Origin: Amphiscolops sp. MND2022
Lineage: Eukaryota
Reading direction: 5' to 3'
Length of the DNA: 64,000 nucleotides
NCBI GenBank assembly: GCA_964187785.1
Contig: OZ076409.1
Location: 17,362,001 to 17,426,000 of the forward strand
Shown here: piece by piece, positions 50,136 through 63,032 of the stretch
Layout of the letters: each line of letters begins with the position of its first letter
Position numbering within the stretch: the first letter of the stretch is position 1
The notes under the pieces: model-generated
The model's database searches: none
What the model was told of the DNA's origin: nothing
The model's input: only the letters and a program-made list of their open reading frames with translations
Made by a program: the position numbers and the translations under genes

Positions 50136-52172
50136 CAATTTTTAGAATCACAATACACGGTGATTTATTCCATATGATGCGTCATATTCTCTGTTTAAGC
50201 AACGGTGTGATGAATGTTTAGGGTAATTCAAGTTTTGCCTGAGTAAAACTCGAGAACCACTTGCTTACTGAATTGTGATCCAAGCAAAACCTTCATCCGA
50301 TTCACAAATGCTTAGAAGTGAAATGATTAGGGTATGATGCGTCCAAAAATACCGAAAATAACCTTTATTGGCAAATTTTTTTCAAAAACGGAACTTGAAT
50401 CACGCTATTGTACAAAGCATTCAAAGTCAAGCTCCACTTTGAACTTTTATCACTCCCCTGCTATTAGACCCAGAGTCTATGAATATACTTCATTGTGCCA
50501 CCTGTTCGGGCGAAAGTTAGAAATTGACTCACTCATTGTTTGGCGAAAAGCCTATTTTAAATTTTTTGATGTCGGCATTGCTTTTTTCCTCTTAGATATC
50601 CCCAGACTCCAAGGGCGATTGAATGGCGCTGATATGTTTCAAATCAGAAAACCTTTTTTATTCACTGTGTTTTGTAACCACCCCTCCGTTTATCAACTAT
50701 TTTTGATGTCTTTAACATAAAAATTACTCAAGTTTTCCGTTTTTCGCTCATATGACTTCGAGAAGGCTTGGCGTTACTGAAAGTATTTATCCACTGTGGC
50801 AAGTTTTACGCAATTTGCATTGAGGTATTGATTAATAACCATTTAATCCAGTAACATTCATGAGTACAACGAAAACTGCTCCTTACGGATAATCACGAAC
50901 CAAGCGAGCCTCATACTGGCAAATCATTACCTTTCAATCTGTTCACATAAGATAGAAATGTCCCTTCTTCGTGAGTTTTCCGTTAACCTCTTTGGCGCCT
51001 ACTGTATTTTGTCAAAAAATGACTGCTAGGTTCAGTTGAGAGCCACGTTGGAGTTGGCGGAGGTTTAAATAACAGATTTTTAGAGTCAAGTTTTTATATT
51101 TGCGTCTAAATGTCAAATGACAAAGTTACGAAAACTCAAATTGTTTTTGGTTAAAAGCCACGTTTTTGGCAGCGATCAGAAAATGGAATTTGCTGTTAAA
51201 TTTAGACGACGCCAATATAATAAATGTAGACCGGTTATTACGTTTTGTCGAGGTTTTTTCAATCCACCGGAAGTGACCTAACAACTGCTTTCACAGAAAA
51301 ATCAACGGTATAAAAGTTGAGGAACCAAAGATTAGCAGCTTAGTGGTGACCACTGGGCTTTTAGCTAGAAGTTCGTGGACATCTGTCCTTATGAAAAATT
51401 TCCAAGTTTTGTTTTTATGGATTTTCTTCGTTTTTTGTCACCCCCGCTTTTTTGAAAACAGTCTTTTTGGAAAGTGCATCGACTTATTAATATTTCAGCG
51501 TAAACTGGAATTTTATTGAAATTTAGTATTTTCCATTTGCCAATTCTTTTCTTGATTAAAAAGCAAAATTGTTCATTCGCCATCTAATTCGGAACTTGGT
51601 TTCTTGAAATTTTCTCATTTTTGTCATCAGCTTTTTTATGAATGGCTGCGCGCCCCATGAACAAATAGTTTCATCGTTCCATTGTATCTGAGAGTGTATT
51701 GTACTCCGCGTTTCTATGCTACACCAAGATGCTGTCAGTTTTTCCGCATCTGGCGACCTCTTGCCTGGCCATTTATAGAAAGTGCGTTTCTTTTTCCTCA
51801 TTGATGTAAGTGTTGAAGTTTTGGTGTAGTGCGTGTATGATATACAAAGAAAGAGCTTTCAATTTTCAGAGATATGAGTTGGTGCTATTAGATCATAGAT
51901 AAGATTCTGTTACCGCCGCTGCCAGTGAAGCGTGACCTAGTTGGTTTAGTCAGAAGTACAAACCATTCGACAGTACAATAGTGCAGTTTGAACATTTGAA
52001 GCAGCAATCGTGAATTATATATATTCTCCAAACGTCTACTTCAAACGTCATTTTACATTGTTCGAAAACCGGGGTGACTGCTTTACATTTCATCAAAGTT
52101 GAGGCCAATCCGAGGGATAAACAATCAGTGCGATTAGTTATTACAGTTAAATAATCACTCAATCAAGACACA

Positions 52173-52341
52173 ATGGAGATGAATGGTGATTCGAAGAACG
52201 CAGTCAATGGCAATGAAGGAAGCAAAACTCTTTTGATCACAGGGGGCGCCGGCTTCATTGGATCACACACAGTTTTGGAACTGCTCAACAGAAATTTCGA
52301 CATTGTTGTCGTAGACAACTGCGTCAATGCTTTCAAAACAG
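52173..52341 (+). CDS. GALE: GALE exon 1, UDP-glucose 4-epimerase
   Basis: LLITGGAGFIGSHTVLELL..VVVDN Rossmann motif. Donor G|GTTTAC, phase 1. Confidence 0.95.
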
Positions 52342-53020
52342 GTTTACATTCATTTCATACTTTTTATTTTTGTGTCGAAAAGCTCCAATCACTGCAATTA
52401 ACCTCAATTTTACACGTGAATCATGTATGAGCGATTTTCTTCTCACTGATGTAAAAACAATCTTCTAAAATTTGATACTATTTTTGAATTGAAACCACCA
52501 ATGAAGTTTGTGGAAGACCAACAGTCCTATTCGCACTCAATTTCATCCCAAAGTGGCAAAGTGGTTAATCTACAAACGGGTTACCTTCGATAGAGCACCG
52601 AAATAAGTTACCGAAATTGGATTCTGCTGACCAATGTTTTGACCTGGAACCTGGTAGGATCGCTTTGGTTCAAGGTTACTCTGAGTCTGTGGTTACTCCC
52701 GTCAAGCAATTTCCTCAGAGCTAGTTAATGCTTCCGGAACTAAACGCGTCATTTGTTTACATAGCTAAAACTCACCGAGGCTTTTAAGATGAATTTGTTA
52801 AAAGAGAATACTGTATTAGTTTAAAAAAATAGTTGACTAATTAATATTTGATTGAGATGATTCTGACAACCTTCAAAAGAGTGAATGCAAAAAGGCATTA
52901 TCACTAACTATTATTCTTTGCTTCAAACTTTGAATGATTTCAGTGGTTACATGACATTCCCTAATGCAATTTCAACCTATGCAACTTCAACCGTCGCAAT
53001 TTCAACCTTTGAAATAATCA

Positions 53021-53495
53021 TTTTTAGTCGGCGCTTTTCTTAAGAAAAGAGCCCGACTATTACAGTCACTCGTTTTTTTTATTTTTTTTTATTTAAGACA
53101 GACTCGAAGCGACGAACGTTAACGTTCAACTAAAGGAAACTAAATACCAGGGAAACGCATGTAAATTATTCCAAAGGATCCTCCTTTGGTTTTTTACTTT
53201 TTAAACGTTACCTACAAGCCCGGACGGGACTAAAGGGTCCCCCCTTTCGATTTTTTTTCGGCACTGTGCGACTTTTTTTCGAAATTTTTTTAATGTCCCC
53301 AAAGGGTCCCCCCTTTGAGTGTTTTGTTATTTTGCTACAGAATGCGTGTTTATAAATCAAAAAGGGTCCCCCTTTTACATTTTTTGGCACTACGCGACAT
53401 TTTCCGAAAGAAAATTTTTTTTCGAAAATTTCAAGTTTTTTTTCCAAAAAAAATGTTTTGCGCTTTTTGAGCCTTAGATATAGCGCCGTCTTGTT
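53021..53495 (+). mobile_element. HINE-like family A copy in GALE intron 1
   Basis: 5' fold-back TTTTTAGTCGGCGCTTTTCTTAAGAAAAGAGCCCGACT. The 3' end is shortened to GCGCCGTCTTGTT. Close to the 14171 copy. Confidence 0.8.
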
Positions 53496-53987
53496 AAGTA
53501 TACTGCCTTTAGTAATTTATAAAATTGCTTTCACCGAATACTGAATGAATAAAGTGTTTTCTTACATGTATCTTACGTCGTTACATGCACGAAAGTTGCT
53601 ATCTTCATACGTGCCGAAATGCGGGTCGTTTATAATGCGCGTCAAGACTAAATGGTCACAGTGGAACACTTTGCGGGTGTCTTGGCACTTGGTGGGTTTG
53701 GATCCATCCAGTTTCCTTCAAAAGGAAAAACTTCACCATGCATAAGCTCTCATTATTGCGAATTAAATACGAATATGGCAAAATATGCTTAGTCAAATCT
53801 GCGTTAAAACTTGTAGCTGAACGAATTCATCTGTTGATCTTCATCCGGCATTTAGAGCACTTGATCTCTATGATCAAGGCATTGCAGATTTAGACTGACG
53901 ATGTATTGGCCTGAAGTGATACCATTTGAAGTGATAGCACTTCTGGCATTGTACAATCCAATAAATTTGAAGTTGTTTTTTTTTCAG

Positions 53988-54103
53988 GTTCCCAGAAGCT
54001 TCCTGAAAGTCTGAAGAGAGTGGAGGAGCTAACAGGGCGCAAAATCACGTTCTACCTCATAGATTTAACTGACCTTTCAAAGCTCCGAGGAATTTTTTCA
54101 CAG
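53988..54103 (+). CDS. GALE: GALE exon 2
   Basis: Poly-T CAG| acceptor. Encodes SQKLPESLKRVEELTGRKITFYLIDLTDLSKLRGIFSQ. Donor |GTTAGC, phases 1-0. Not in the ORF track. Confidence 0.95.
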
Positions 54104-54404
54104 GTTAGCTTCACTTGAGAGAAATAAACTTTTTTGAGAAACAAAATTCAAAATTTCTGCTGAAAAAAGGCGCCCAGAGGAAACATGTTCTCATATAAGA
54201 AACATACATTTCTAACCTGTCAAAGTAAATGATGGGTTGCCGCATAGATTTTATTTTTCGAATTTTATACAAGTTCATTTTGTTTATTCATAACCCTTGT
54301 TATTTTCCGCCCGCATATGATGGGAGAGGAAAATCATTATCTGTGTTGCGTTTTTTTACAAGTTCTGCCAAATCTCCACTTTATTACTGCATTTAGTACA
54401 TTCT

Positions 54405-54477
54405 AGTCACCATGGCGCAGTTGGTAGTGCGTCTGCCTGGCAGACACGAGGTCGTGGGTTCGAACCCGTGCTGATGC
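54405..54477 (+). pseudogene. tRNA-derived sequence (SINE-like head or pseudogene, Ala-like)
   Basis: A-box TGGCGCAGTTGG and B-box GGTTCGAACCC. Acceptor and anticodon stems do not pair canonically. Confidence 0.6.
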
Positions 54478-55040
54478 GTTACATTTTTTGCGGAAAATAT
54501 CCCGGTGCTTAACGGGCGTCTTGTTAGCATTTCTGCGTAAGCTGAAATATTATAGGAGCCGTAAATTTGATCTTTTTTCAAGATATTTTTATCGACCCAC
54601 TTTGTTGGCGAATTTTGATTGACTACTCCAAGTCTTAAGCTTGCGTATTTAATTCCCGTAGCAGCGCTTTCATTGGGATGAAGCGAACGAAGGTGAATTA
54701 TCTATTCATACGCCGAGTTCATTGAGATAAAGCCAGCGAGTTTTAATTATTCGTATGCCTTCGCCTGCATTCAAATACGAATGCGAAACGTCATGCGAAT
54801 GCGAACTTAGTAGTTGTATTTTCTCCAGTCCTAGAAGAATTGTTGAAAACCAACCGGGAGAGTGATTTATTGTGCGCTATAATGAAATTACAGGAGTGTA
54901 TAGTTATTCTAAAAATGTTTTAATTATCGGACTTTGAAGTTAATGGTTATTGTATTCTGAAGCAGAATTATCACTGTGCGCCGCAGGGGCCTATTTTACC
55001 TTCTGTGTGTAAGCTGTAATTGTACCAAATGGCTTGAGAG

Positions 55041-55536
55041 AAAACAAGACGGGAACGTCTAAAGTCGGCGCTATATCTAAGGCTCAAAAAAGCGCAATTT
55101 TCAAAATTTGTTACAGGGGGGACCCTTTCGACTTTTTGAAAATCCAGTCTGTTGCAAAATATCAAAAAAATTGAAGGGGGGACTCTTTGGAGAGATTAAA
55201 AACTTTCGAGAAATTTTTTGAAAAAAAATTCGAAAAAAAAACGAAAAATGGAATTTTGAAACTCTCACAGTGCCGAAAACTAGAAGGGGGACCCTTTGCG
55301 CTTTTTGAAACTTCAGTTTGCTGCAGAATATCAAAAAAAAGTTGAGGGGGGACTCTTTGGAGACATTTAAAAAATATAATTTTTTTGGAAAAATTTTCGA
55401 AAAAAAAACGAAAAATGAGATTTTTGAAACAGTCTCATAGTGCCGAAAAACTAGAAAGGAGGACCCTTTGGGCTTTTTGAAACTTCAGCCACTGTAAGTG
55501 TCGGGCACTTTTCACTAGAAAAGTGCCGACTAAAAA
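55041..55536 (-). mobile_element. HINE-like family A, complete copy
   Basis: AAAACAAGACGGGAACGTCTAAAGTCGGCGC ... GTCGGGCACTTTTCACTAGAAAAGTGCCGACTAAAAA. Confidence 0.8.
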
Positions 55537-56785
55537 CAGGTTCGCCCTTACATGCTCAGTCTGTTACTACTCGTTAGAAAAAGTGGTCATTGACGTGCTA
55601 ATGTTATTGCGAAATCTTCGAGCTTTTTGTCAGTTTAATGAATTTCTTTTTTCACGAGGACGGGAATATACTTCAACTTTGCCGGTTCTTTTGGGGTTCA
55701 TTGCAGATCCACGCCTCATCATGAATTTATCATTTCCACATAAAACTCATAGTATGACTGGCCTTCCTTCGCGCCCCTGCAGGTCAACCTTCATTAAAGT
55801 TAGCCGCTTGACCAGCAGTGGCACCTCGGTTGGCTCCTCCATTTAAGCCCCTGGGCCCCTGAAGGTAGGGGGATGTTGCTGTTTGCCGATCGTTGTCGAA
55901 ATCACGCTATAGTAACTTGATCAATTATGCTCAGTGGTGAGCTCTGGCCAATCTGTTTCATTTCCGTTGAGAAAAAAATGAAAATTTATGTTTAGTGAAG
56001 AAAGCTAAATTTGTTTTTGTAAATTGCTCTTTTGTTTTTTGTTCATTTTGTTCGTTCACCGCATTTTTTCCGCTCGTTCTCTTTTAACAGTATTCTAACA
56101 TACTTTTGCTGGCAATAGGTGATCGTGTAATTTATCCTTCGCTGAGAGCTTTTGGAATGCAAAGTTTCAATTTCCTTACTTGTAGCATTATCTGTTCAAA
56201 TGTACAGGATTATTATGTACTCCGTCTCAGATTTGATCATTTTTAAAAAACTTTTTGGTTTTCAATTTTTGGAATTTGAATATAATAAATGTTTCGTGAA
56301 ATCTACCTTAGATTGAAATTCAGGAATTTAATCAAAAATGATATTTTTTTTGGTAATTTTTTCGACTTGAAGAAATGTTGTTGAGACATTTTTGGAAACT
56401 TCTTCCTTTCCACCTTTGGTTCTTTTTACATTTTGAGTCAAGAAAAAACTTTGAGGCGCTAATGTTTTCTTTGGCCCTTTGAGATTTTTCGACGTTTTTA
56501 TAAAAACATATTCGAAAAACGAAGAACTAAAGCCAACTTGATAAAAAGTTTTGCTGATTTTTTTCTATGTATCTTTTTTACTGCCTCGCGTATTTGTTCT
56601 GTTTCTAATTGAATTGTGAGCTCGACCCAAGTTGACGCGCTCTTTCGGATTTTTTAACATCCATTCAGTTGCAAAGTATCAAAAAAATCGAAGCAGGAGA
56701 CTTTCAAGACATTAAAAAATATTTCGAAAAAAAATGTCTCACAATGCCGAAAAAAATGAAACGGCCCCTTTTGTGATTTTTTTTC

Positions 56786-57065
56786 ATCCGAGCTTTGAAT
56801 ACGTTACATCCGAACTTTGAAAACGTTACATCCGATCTTTGAAAACGTTATATCTGAACTGGAACTTTGAAAACGTTACATCCGAACTTTGAAAACGTTA
56901 AATCCGAACTTTGAAAACTTATATCCGAACTTTAAAACGTTACATCCGAACTTCGAAAACGTTACATCCGAACTTTGAAACGTTATATCCGAAATTCCAG
57001 AACGTTACATCCGAACTTTGAAAACGTTATATCCGAACTTGAAAACGTTACATCCGAACTTTGAA
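56786..57065 (+). repeat. ~21-bp minisatellite (CATCCGAACTTTGAAAACGTTA-like, ~13 units) inside a family A element
   Basis: Direct reading. Followed by the family A terminus GCCGACTAAAAA at ~57181. Confidence 0.9.
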
Positions 57066-58886
57066 TATCCGGGATAACCTCTCGGTTAAGAAGTTGAACA
57101 AATGAACAAAAAAGTGGACCGATCACGTTGAACTGACGAAATAAATCTAGTCACTGTAAGAGTCGTGCTTTTTCAAAAACGCCGACTAAAAACGAAGATT
57201 CTAATCGTTACTGTTTCTAAGAGCACTCGAACTGACGGATCTTGAAAATATTTTATAATTTTCTTCATGTCGTTGCTACGCCATTTGTGCTACTAGGGGT
57301 AGATATGTTCGAATTCCGCGCAGACTCAAGCTTTTTCAATGTAAAGAGACGAAACCAACGAATCCCATTTTCCTGCAAACAACAAGGCAAATATTTCAAG
57401 TATGTTCACCAAACGAAGAAAACAAAAACCTATTTTAATTCCACAAAAATGCCATTTTTTGTCTATTTTAATTCCACTAAAAATGCCATATTTTGTTTAA
57501 TTCATCCACGAATGAAAAATAGCTCATTTGTTTGTTTCATGTTTTGATTGCAATCCAAGTTCTAACAAACAGAGTTTCGGTTTTGTAAGGACTTTTCTGT
57601 AACGAACTGTTCCTAAAATATTTTTAAACTGCATAAATGTAGGTTGCGATACGTACATGCCACTCATTGATGGAAGTAATAGGTCTCTGTCTTGTTCGAA
57701 TTATTTTCAGTTCTGTTCTGACCTTTTGAAGTTTTTAAGCACTTTTTCCAGCTTTTGCTGTATTTTTAGAAGTTGACAAATTAGTCTTTAATCAAAGTGA
57801 AAAACTTCAAGATAATATTGCAAAAAATAATTCAGATAATACAGTACTGTGACTGAGAAACACTTTCCCCGCCAATTTTAGACCTAGGAAAACTTTTTTT
57901 TTCGGCATTGTGGGACTTTTCGAAAATATTTATTGACTTCAGAGGGCTCCCTTCAATTTTGTTGATGTTTTGCGACAGAAATATTAAAAATCTCAATTCG
58001 CGCCAATTCGGTCCAACTTTTGTGTTTTTCGGGTACTGTAAAAAAGAATACTTGACACTTTGTAGTCCTTTTGCTATTTTTGAGCCTTAGATATGGCGCC
58101 CACTTATGCCGTTCCCGGCTTGTTCCTGTTTTCGACCGATTTACCTAAAGGTTTTTCGGCAAGTTTTTTTACTTCGTCATTTCTTCCAGATCTACTGAAG
58201 CCATACATAACCGTTTTCAGAAATATCAGGCTCAAGTTGTCTGAAAACCTTCGTTTTATACCATCAGGATTGGTAGTTAGGTTTTCGCAAGGAAAACTAA
58301 TTATTATTTCTTTAAAATTGTTTCTGGTTGAAAATACAATTAGGTTCTAGACAACCTCCAGAATTCACCGAATCCCTAAAATTTTGAGGCCATTTTTTTC
58401 AAAAACATGCTCAAAATCGGAAAGTTTCCTTTTTGCGCTTCAAATCAAAAAAACTTTTTTGAATTTTTTTAAAAAAACCTTGTTAAAAATACAAAAATCA
58501 TTAAATTAGAAATTTGTCAAAAATTTTCCAGATTGTCTTGTAGGTGCGCTGCTACATCCAGTTTTTCCATTTGTTCCAAATCCTCATCAGACCATAACAT
58601 CCTTATCATCGTAGTCGTCCATTTGTCGTTCTACAATAAGACTACTAGAATACTTTTCGCACAAACTTTATTTTATTACCCGCCCCCGGTTAAAACCCGC
58701 ACCCGCTTACAGCCCGCATTGAACGCTCCAATTTAATAATACAACCCGCGGGTTATATCCGAAGAAATACGGTATACATTTTATTGGACCGAAATTTCAA
58801 CGCAAACTATGTCGACATAATGGTATTTGAACCTTCTGTCTTATTTCTCACCGCCGCAGTTTGGGGGGAAATAGATGACATGGTCC
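57057..58886. mobile_element. Composite element related to 18811-19810; 57057-58357 is an inverted copy of ~31731-33000
   Basis: The same spurious ORF MKIFYNFLHVV occurs on opposite strands at 32820 and 57242. Right TIR ATAGATGACATGGTCC at 58871-58886. No left TIR found. Confidence 0.7.
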
Positions 58887-59189
58887 AAAATTTGGTTCGG
58901 AACCTAATTGAAGAGTAGAAGTTTACATGTAAAGAGAAAATCAATGATCCTCAAGACTCATTTCTATACCCAATCCTAATATATGTATGGGATTTCCAGT
59001 TTGGAAAGTATCTCATTTTCTTTGTATGTGTATTCACTGAGGGCCTTAAAGGTTGACACTGTAGTCATTAGACAATGATGAGTTGGAGGATGAATAGAAA
59101 TTCAATTGAAAGTGTTTCTGAAGGACGCAAAAAAGTTGAAAACCAAACCTATATCGCAAACCAAATCTCAACCCTCCCGCTAACATCCG

Positions 59190-59456
59190 TAATGGTGCGA
59201 CTTCAATTCGTCGATCATTCAAATCGTCGAAAAAGGAAAAGCTGCTATTCAATGCGTCGAGAGAATTCCATATCAGCGATTATTTTCATTTGGTTATATT
59301 TTGTGGCGATTAGCATATTTGTTATAAGGCTCGGTCGCTTCGCTCCCTTCGCCAAGTAGCAATATTGAGGCATGGCCATATGGCACGTCGCTCCGCTTCG
59401 CTTCGCTCCTGCATTTAGGGCACTAGAAGTATGTGAATATAGCTGACTACGTTATC
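59190..59456 (-). repeat. GCGAAGC-core repeat, inverted copy (others at ~63175-63220 and ~63845-63985)
   Basis: Reverse complement of ~17723-17960. Confidence 0.8.
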
Positions 59457-59947
59457 GTAATTTTGAATGCTCGAATTTGATTGGTCGAAATCATTTCATT
59501 CCATTACGTCATACCATGCTCGCTAAATTAATACATGTTCGACGAATTGAAGAGTCCCCATCCGTAATGATTGTCACCGAAATTTCAAATTTGAACTGGA
59601 TGAATTTTCGGGAAACTTTTATAAAAGGCATTCGTCTTGATAATCAATGGTTTTTAAAAACAAGAAAAATAGCGTGTTCCAAACGTTATTATCAAGAAGT
59701 TTATATCTTCGATCACGAGAGAGAGTGTTGTGACAACGACATTCATATCAAACAATAAAAGCGGAAAAAATTTTCTTTAAAAATTCAAAAACGAAATAAA
59801 ATATAACAAAGTGTTGGAAAGATTTTAAATTTCATTAAACCCCTGCTTTTTGCACATGACGAAGTCAATGTGCATTGCAGTCCAGCTAAGTAAGTTTTTT
59901 TTCCACAATAGTCAACTTCATAATGAGCGCCTTTTAGAAAAAAGCCA

Positions 59948-60020
59948 AAACCCCTGAGAGATTCGAACCTGCAGCCTCCCGCTTGCACGGCATAAGTGTT
60001 GACCACTGTGCCATAGGGAC
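59948..60020 (-). pseudogene. tRNA-derived sequence (Ala-TGC-like)
   Basis: Minus strand TGGCACAGTGG..GTGCAA..GGAGG..GGTTCGAATCT, with imperfect stems. Confidence 0.5.
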
Positions 60021-60758
60021 GTTATTGAACAAAGTTGAACTGTTCAATATATACGCATGCGATTGAATATATACGATTTTTCGGCATTCGTCTAGCCATG
60101 ATTCGTCTTCGTCATGTGTTGCGAAGCACCGCTTCGCCTCTGTTTCAAACTTTCGACTCTCACGAATTTCAACCCGGAATTGCGTTGTGGTACGTTTTGG
60201 CACCACTCAAGATCTGCAAACTTCTAGAGGCACCAGCTGACAGTATGGTAAAGAAAACTCTTGAATAAGATTTTCAGACTTGATTACACAGCATTGCACG
60301 CATTTTCACGAATTGTTGACTTGACGTCTCCAAAATCAATAAAACGGGACCAAAAAATCAAAAAACTGTGTGCAAAATTTCCGTTTTTCCTGTTTTCTTC
60401 TGTGGCCACTTTATACCACTGGGGACAAGTTTGGGTCAAAGTGGCCATAGCATGTTTTGAAACATGCTGAAATGCAGTCAGAGACACCGCGTGCAGTTTT
60501 GGCAGTTTAAAAATTGATTTGAAAGCCCTGATGCTCCTCTTTTGAACGCTGTATAAATAGTTTGTCGGACTTGAATAGTTTTGGAGATTTTGCGGTTTAA
60601 AGTTTAAGCACCAGATTTTTGGGTGGATCCCGAAAATTTTTCCTCCAATCCGGGTTAATACTGATTTTCATTTAGCGTAGTACACTGCTTTGTTTTAAAA
60701 CCAATATATATTTTTTAAAATAAAGGTATAATTCAGTGTTTTTCACATTGTTTTTCAG

Positions 60759-61049
60759 CACCATTTTTACTGTGTGATCCACTTCGCCGGACTGAAGGCA
60801 GTGAACGAGAGTGTGAAGAAGCCGTTGCTGTACTACCAAACCAACCTCATATCTGCAATGAACGTCATCCAGTGCATGAGTGAACACAATGTCTCCAACA
60901 TCATCTTTTCCAGCAGTGCCACTGTGTACGGCTCGCCCCACTTCCTGCCCATCACAGAACAGCACCCGGTAGGGGAGTGCACCAACGCCTACGGCAAAAC
61001 CAAGTTCTTCATCGAACAGATTCTCACGGACCATGCAAAAGCAAATCCG
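60759..61049 (+). CDS. GALE: GALE exon 3 (gene continues beyond window)
   Basis: Acceptor TTTTTCAG|. Encodes VIHFAGLKAVNES..FSSSATVYG..YGKTK (YxxxK). Donor |GTTAGA, phases 0-0. Confidence 0.96.
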
Positions 61050-62557
61050 GTTAGAAAATGGGAAAATACACCAATAAATTTTTAGCAAACCTAGTAATTA
61101 AAACTCGGCAAATTTCTTTCCGAGGTTATTGTGATACGAAAGCTAATATTGGCGACTTTGGTAATAACATTTTATATTTTTGAGGTAATGTATCGACTTG
61201 TCCTAAGTGATCACAAAATGAGCCTGTGCATTGGAGTTTTGACCTAATTTTTCGTTAGCGATGCACATTTGCGGCAACTAATAGATTGTCCAAATTCCAA
61301 ATTTCTTCTGAGTATACACGGATTTCAAAATGAATTTCGAAAAAACTCCAACTCTTTCACTTGTAAAACGCACACAGTATGAAAACACAGTAGTCTTTTT
61401 TCTTGCAAAAACTGAATTAAAGTATTTTGAAACAAACTTGAAGTTAAACATTGAACGATTTTCAGGAAAAGCTTTTTTATCGAAATAGCAATTTTGAAAT
61501 TAGCGGTTTAGCAATTAGCGAAAAAAAATTGGCGATGTCAAAACCCTGCTGAGCATTCTATTTCTTGTTGATGTATTTTTTGTTTGCACGTCGTTTCCTT
61601 GTTTTGCATCTTATCGTCATTGTATAACAACTATTTATAAGCCTCCATTTAAAAATTGCTTTCGCCTGTCGTTTGAAAAATGTAGACTGAAAATTTGCTT
61701 GAACCTATGTGCTAATGTGTGTTTTCCGTTTTCCTGTGCTCTAAGTCATGTTATTTAATTTGAAGTGTACTTGTCTTTGAAGAAAACAAAATCGAATTGA
61801 GTCGCCGCAATTTTACTGCTTCCTGTGCAGATGTACACAATAATTTGGTCTCTAGTTTCCCTGGGAAATAGAGATTTCCCCACACTGTGAAGGTGTTAGC
61901 ACGGAAGTGAATTGAGACCAGCCGCAGCTCTATTAAATTTCAATCCTATTTTGCATCCCTCCATTTTTTCACTTTTTCTTCCCACTTTTCGGCCGACATC
62001 CTCCCTTAAATTAAAACTAGAACTATCCCTTGCAGTGTAAGGATAACGCTGCCTGCGCTCTCACAACCCTGGAAAGAAGGGACGGATGTAGAAATGTGGT
62101 TGGAATCGAAGGATGAAATTACTGAAATTGTGGATAATTAGCGGTATTAGCGTGTATATAACTATAAATAAGTCTGTATAAATTAGATGAGCCTCAGCTC
62201 GCTTTGTTTCTGCAGGCTGTTGAGGATTGAAAGTGCATGGGGAGAGAAAAGGGTTGCCTAATTGCTCGGACTCCGATTGTTTCCTTAGTGGCCTCCGATT
62301 GTGTTAATGTATCATTATCGCCTCTAATTGTTCCAAGTATCTATTACAGATTTAAAAAAAAACAATCAATCCTCGCTTCCTTGATTTCAAACCTTTTGTT
62401 TGTTTTTTTTTTGGCATTGATGAAAAGATAGTTTTAGGAAGTTGAAGCTCTGAAATTGGAGAGTTATGTATGTTGAGCCGATCGACTCCTATTGTCCAAA
62501 CAAATTTTGGTATACAAATATGTTCACTGTATTCAGTTCTCGATGCAATCGAAGTTT

Positions 62558-63032
62558 AAACAAGCCGGGAACGGCCCAAGTGGGCGCCATATCCAAGGCT
62601 CAAAAATAGCAAAAGGACTTCAAAATTTCCAAGTATTGGTGAATTGGGGCTACTTTTATTTAAAAAATTGAAAAGTCTCACAATGCCGAAAAAACTGAAA
62701 GGGAGGACCCTTTGGGATTTTTCAACATCCATTCTGTTGCAAAACTCCAAAAAAATTGCAGGGGGCCTTTCGTGGTGGAAAAAGTTTCTTTGAAAAAAAT
62801 CGCACAGTGCCAAAAAAATGGACCCTTTGGTCTCGTCCGGTATTGTATGTTACGCGGGAAACCTTTTTGGTTCAGTTCCTTGGGCCAACAGGTACATTTT
62901 GGCGTCTTCTGAAAATTTTGTAGACCTTTTGGTAGAACTATTTTGGTCAGTTCAGGTGGTCTTAAAAAAACACTGACGAAAAGCCATGACTGTAGTCGAC
63001 TCTTTTCTAAAGAAAAGCGCCGACTAAAAAAA
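62558..63032 (-). mobile_element. HINE-like family A, complete copy in GALE intron 3
   Basis: AAACAAGCCGGGAACGGCCCAAGTGGGCGC ... AAAAGCGCCGACTAAAAA. Confidence 0.8.

Noticed and set aside
49132..50221. Repeated ORFs (RNIAKISPKMAKKQPFF...)
   Set aside because: By-product of the 172-bp tandem repeat. The frame shifts every unit.
51806..51869. 64-nt GTAAGT..TTTTCAG intron-like segment upstream of GALE
   Set aside because: Could be a 5' UTR intron but cannot be distinguished from chance without transcripts.
54405..54477. Functional tRNA gene
   Set aside because: The cloverleaf stems do not pair properly, so it is kept only as tRNA-derived.
56786..57065. Possible CRISPR-like array
   Set aside because: Units are contiguous with no unique spacers, there are no cas genes, and the context is eukaryotic. 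It is a minisatellite.
60672..61088. 138-aa minus-strand ORF
   Set aside because: Antisense shadow of GALE exon 3.
62070..62300. PPT-like purine run followed by TG and TATA motifs (possible solo LTR)
   Set aside because: No second copy, TSD or defined end was found.
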